Shown here piece after piece: positions 63,523 to 64,000 of a stretch of DNA of 64,000 bases. The number at the start of each line of letters is the position of its first letter. Positions within the stretch are counted from its first letter, which is position 1. A model generated the notes under the pieces. The model was given only the letters and a program-made list of their open reading frames with translations, was not told where the DNA came from and searched no databases. Both the position numbers and the translations under genes were made by a program. Source of the DNA: Mobula hypostoma. Its lineage: Eukaryota. The stretch covers positions 174,470,001 through 174,534,000 of the forward strand of contig NC_086097.1 in assembly GCF_963921235.1 (NCBI RefSeq). Direction: 5' to 3'.

Positions 63523-64000
63523 TACTTGTAAAATGAAACCAGGAAGGATATGGATTTCTAATGCAGCGAGTTACAGTAAAAGCTTTATCATCTGGCCGTT
63601 GACTAACTACACAATTCCTTAACTGGCATATTTTTCCAGAAGCCAATTCAAATTCATCCTTCTCTTTCTGGGAAAACTTTTGATTCTCTGCAGCAAACAT
63701 CCCTTTCCACTTCTATCTGGCATGCATCACACATCCAGTATCAGGGCTAGACCATCACCACATGGACAGAAACAGCAAGAAAGAAATGTGGACAAAAATA
63801 ATAGTGACTGGAGAAGGATAAAAGTAAAAATAAATTATTGAAGGCATTTGAACCTGGCTCATTGACAATCTGTGATATAAAAGCTTAGAAGGCTCACTTA
63901 CTGAATTTCTTGGCTTTGTTGGAGATGAGCACAGCTATCGAAACATATCATACTCTTCAAAATGCAAAACTAGCCCAGCTGGATGAGGTTTTGTTAATGT

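Noticed and set aside
63401..63700. 99-aa minus-strand ORF as a gene
   Set aside because: Crosses a Tc1 boundary, has no recognisable domain, and its length is within chance.
23577..64000. Further STK3 exons (the DEDELDS... exon)
   Set aside because: No matching peptide seen in the ORF track or by reading; probably beyond the window, though a short exon could have been missed.

Overview
Eukaryotic, repeat-dense intronic DNA. The repeat families (SGNH-esterase CR1 LINEs, V-SINE, Penelope-like elements) point to a cartilaginous fish, probably a ray (inference). The only host coding sequence I can support is one 126-nt exon of STK3 (MST2, Hippo kinase) at 23451-23576 on the + strand, so the window reads as the two flanking STK3 introns. 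It also holds an intronless, disabled RBM25 retrocopy split by a CR1. The rest is a layered transposon landscape: CR1, Rex/L2-like and HERO-like LINEs, Penelope-like elements with minimal hammerhead ribozyme motifs, Tigger, Tc1 and Harbinger DNA transposons, solo LTRs, and a complete but non-autonomous Gmr1-like Gypsy element. Several nests are 3-5 levels deep with readable target-site duplications. Most interesting: (i) hammerhead motifs almost all antisense to STK3; (ii) a Gmr1-like element whose pol lacks the catalytic cores yet stays open for 534 codons; (iii) a CR1 inserted inverted into its own homologous position, making a ~0.7-kb-arm hairpin; (iv) a 22-nt+A9 mini-retroinsertion with a 16-bp TSD; (v) a possible intronic poly(A) isoform of STK3. 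All calls are by eye with no database searches; boundaries without TSDs or TIRs are approximate.
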